64,000 nucleotides of DNA, from positions 91,450,001-91,514,000 of the forward strand of contig OX597822.1 of the NCBI GenBank assembly GCA_951406725.2. The letters run 5' to 3'. The translations under genes and the position numbers were made by a program. Positions 62,503 through 64,000 of the stretch are shown one piece after another. Position 1 is the first letter of the stretch, and each line of letters opens with the position of its first letter. The notes below the pieces were generated by a model. That model saw only the letters and a program-made list of their open reading frames with translations, searched no databases and had not been told where the DNA came from. Source of the stretch: Octopus vulgaris. Lineage: Eukaryota.

Positions 62503-62689
62503 GTATGTGCTTGTGTGTGTGTGTATGTATGTATGTATGTATGTGTGTGTGTGTGTATAGGTATGTATGTATGTTGTCTCTTCTATTTTTTAATCATTAT
62601 AAATCTTCCATTGAGGAGGGAGCTGGTTTCCAACAAAGATACAAGGCTCCATCTTTGGGATGTAGTTAACACAGACAAATTCACATTTG

Positions 62690-63140
62690 GGACTTGAGAA
62701 AAGTCTTGCATATTTTTACTGTTCCACTCACAGATTGCACTTATAATCTATGAATAAGCCAGTTGATTTCTCTTTCTGAAAATCCCAGTTTATCCAGATT
62801 CTCTAACAAAACCTAGTGCTCCAATTATTAATGGTATGAATATGAATTCATAGTCTGGATATAGAGGCTGGAGATTTCGAAGCAGTTGTCCATAGATGTT
62901 CTTTTTTTCTTTGATTTTCGAAGTGATATTTATCTCTGCAGGGCAGCTGACCTCTGTGATGGTACATACCTTTGCCCCTCTGTTCCAAACTTCAATATCC
63001 AACCTGTTACATTTAAATTTGACAGGAGTTTTGATGGGAATATTCCACCAGTATTCTTTGAATTGGTGTTCATGAATGTATTCCATAACAGAAGGATTTT
63101 CTAAATTTATTTCAAGACAGTCTTTTTTTGCAGATGGCAT
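62690..63140 (-). mobile_element. R4-like RLE non-LTR retrotransposon fragment
   Basis: WWNIPIKT..NRLDI..IEVSCP-like..KKNIYG.L..IPLIIGALG restriction-like endonuclease pattern. Confidence 0.8.
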
Positions 63141-64000
63141 GTATGTGTGTAGCTGAGTTGGAGTTATCCCCCTTAGATAAGTTTGGGTTACATCAAAAAG
63201 ATTATTATTTAACTCTCTAGATTTGAATAATTCTTAAGTTTAAAATTTGAAAGAAAAAATAGTCATTATAATTTGAAGCTATTTAAACTTGCACAATAAA
63301 GAAATAAACTGATAAAGAAATTAATAAAAAGAGCAAATACCATAAAGCAAAAAAGTGTTATTGCTTCAACTTTCTAGCAGTCAAATGGTATAAAATAAAG
63401 ATAAAGGAAAAATAATTGATAAAAATATAGATATTAATATTTCATTACCTTTTTACTGCTTTAACTTGCTACTTAACTGGTTGAATTTGTGTATATATGT
63501 ATTTGTGTGAGATATGTCTAATGGTTTCTTTGTTTATTGTGCTGGCACATAGCATTTATACATGTTTATTACACATGTATGAAATGACAGTGGATATGTG
63601 TTTTTGTGTATGTGTGTGTATGTGTGTGCATTCATGCATGTGTGTATCAGTGTGTGTGCTTATCTGTGTGTATAAGTATAAAAGTGAGTGTATAGCAATC
63701 TTTCTGTATTCATACAGGACATCTTTCGAGTATTTTATCTGTGTTTGGCAACTGATGGGGAAATTTTTTTATTTCTTTAATCTTTTGTCATGTGCTGGTG
63801 ATGTGTGTTCCCAGCATTGAAAAATATTAGTGAGCACCCCTAAGCCATGTGCAGAGGGAGGATACTCATCCTGGGTAATAATGAGTGCTCAGTGGGAGGG
63901 GGTGTCAGTGTAGCACCAGAGGTGTAGTGTATGAGGCTAAGGTGGTGACTGGCACTGGTGACAGCAGCAACAGCAACCGCAGTGGTGGCAGCAGCAGTTA

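Noticed and set aside
63446-63490. Minus-strand donor (AAAAG|GTAATG) as the missing upstream exon ending in KR
   Set aside because: Stops in the required frame and no resemblance to a coiled-coil sequence

Overview
AT-rich, microsatellite-laden eukaryotic DNA. The SINE, RTE and Penelope repertoire points to a coleoid cephalopod, probably Octopus (inference). Two convergent spliced genes are present. (1) A complete 9-exon hydroxyacylglutathione hydrolase / glyoxalase II gene (HAGH, + strand, CDS 8212..30456, 301 aa as assembled by hand) has a predicted mitochondrial presequence and an internal cytosolic ATG at 15598. (2) The last two coding exons of a minus-strand Ser/Pro-rich gene (47732..48023 and 44213..45484) are tentatively an AIP3-domain sickle-tail/SRCIN1/CG32809-like protein. 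The rest is decayed mobile DNA: an EnSpm-like end, three fused Gypsy fragments with a nested solo LTR, a full-length IR/DR Tc1, several mariners, RTE, Tx1, R4/Dong and CR1-like LINE fragments, Penelope-like elements, a non-autonomous Helitron, MITEs and tRNA-derived SINEs. The most notable observations are Penelope-linked hammerhead ribozyme remnants, a recurring set of long fold-back inverted repeats, a 6-bp-TSD MITE carrying telomeric repeats, and a possible alternative-first-exon switch for HAGH targeting. No prokaryotic systems (CRISPR etc.) are supported. Coordinates were counted by eye and TE boundaries are approximate.
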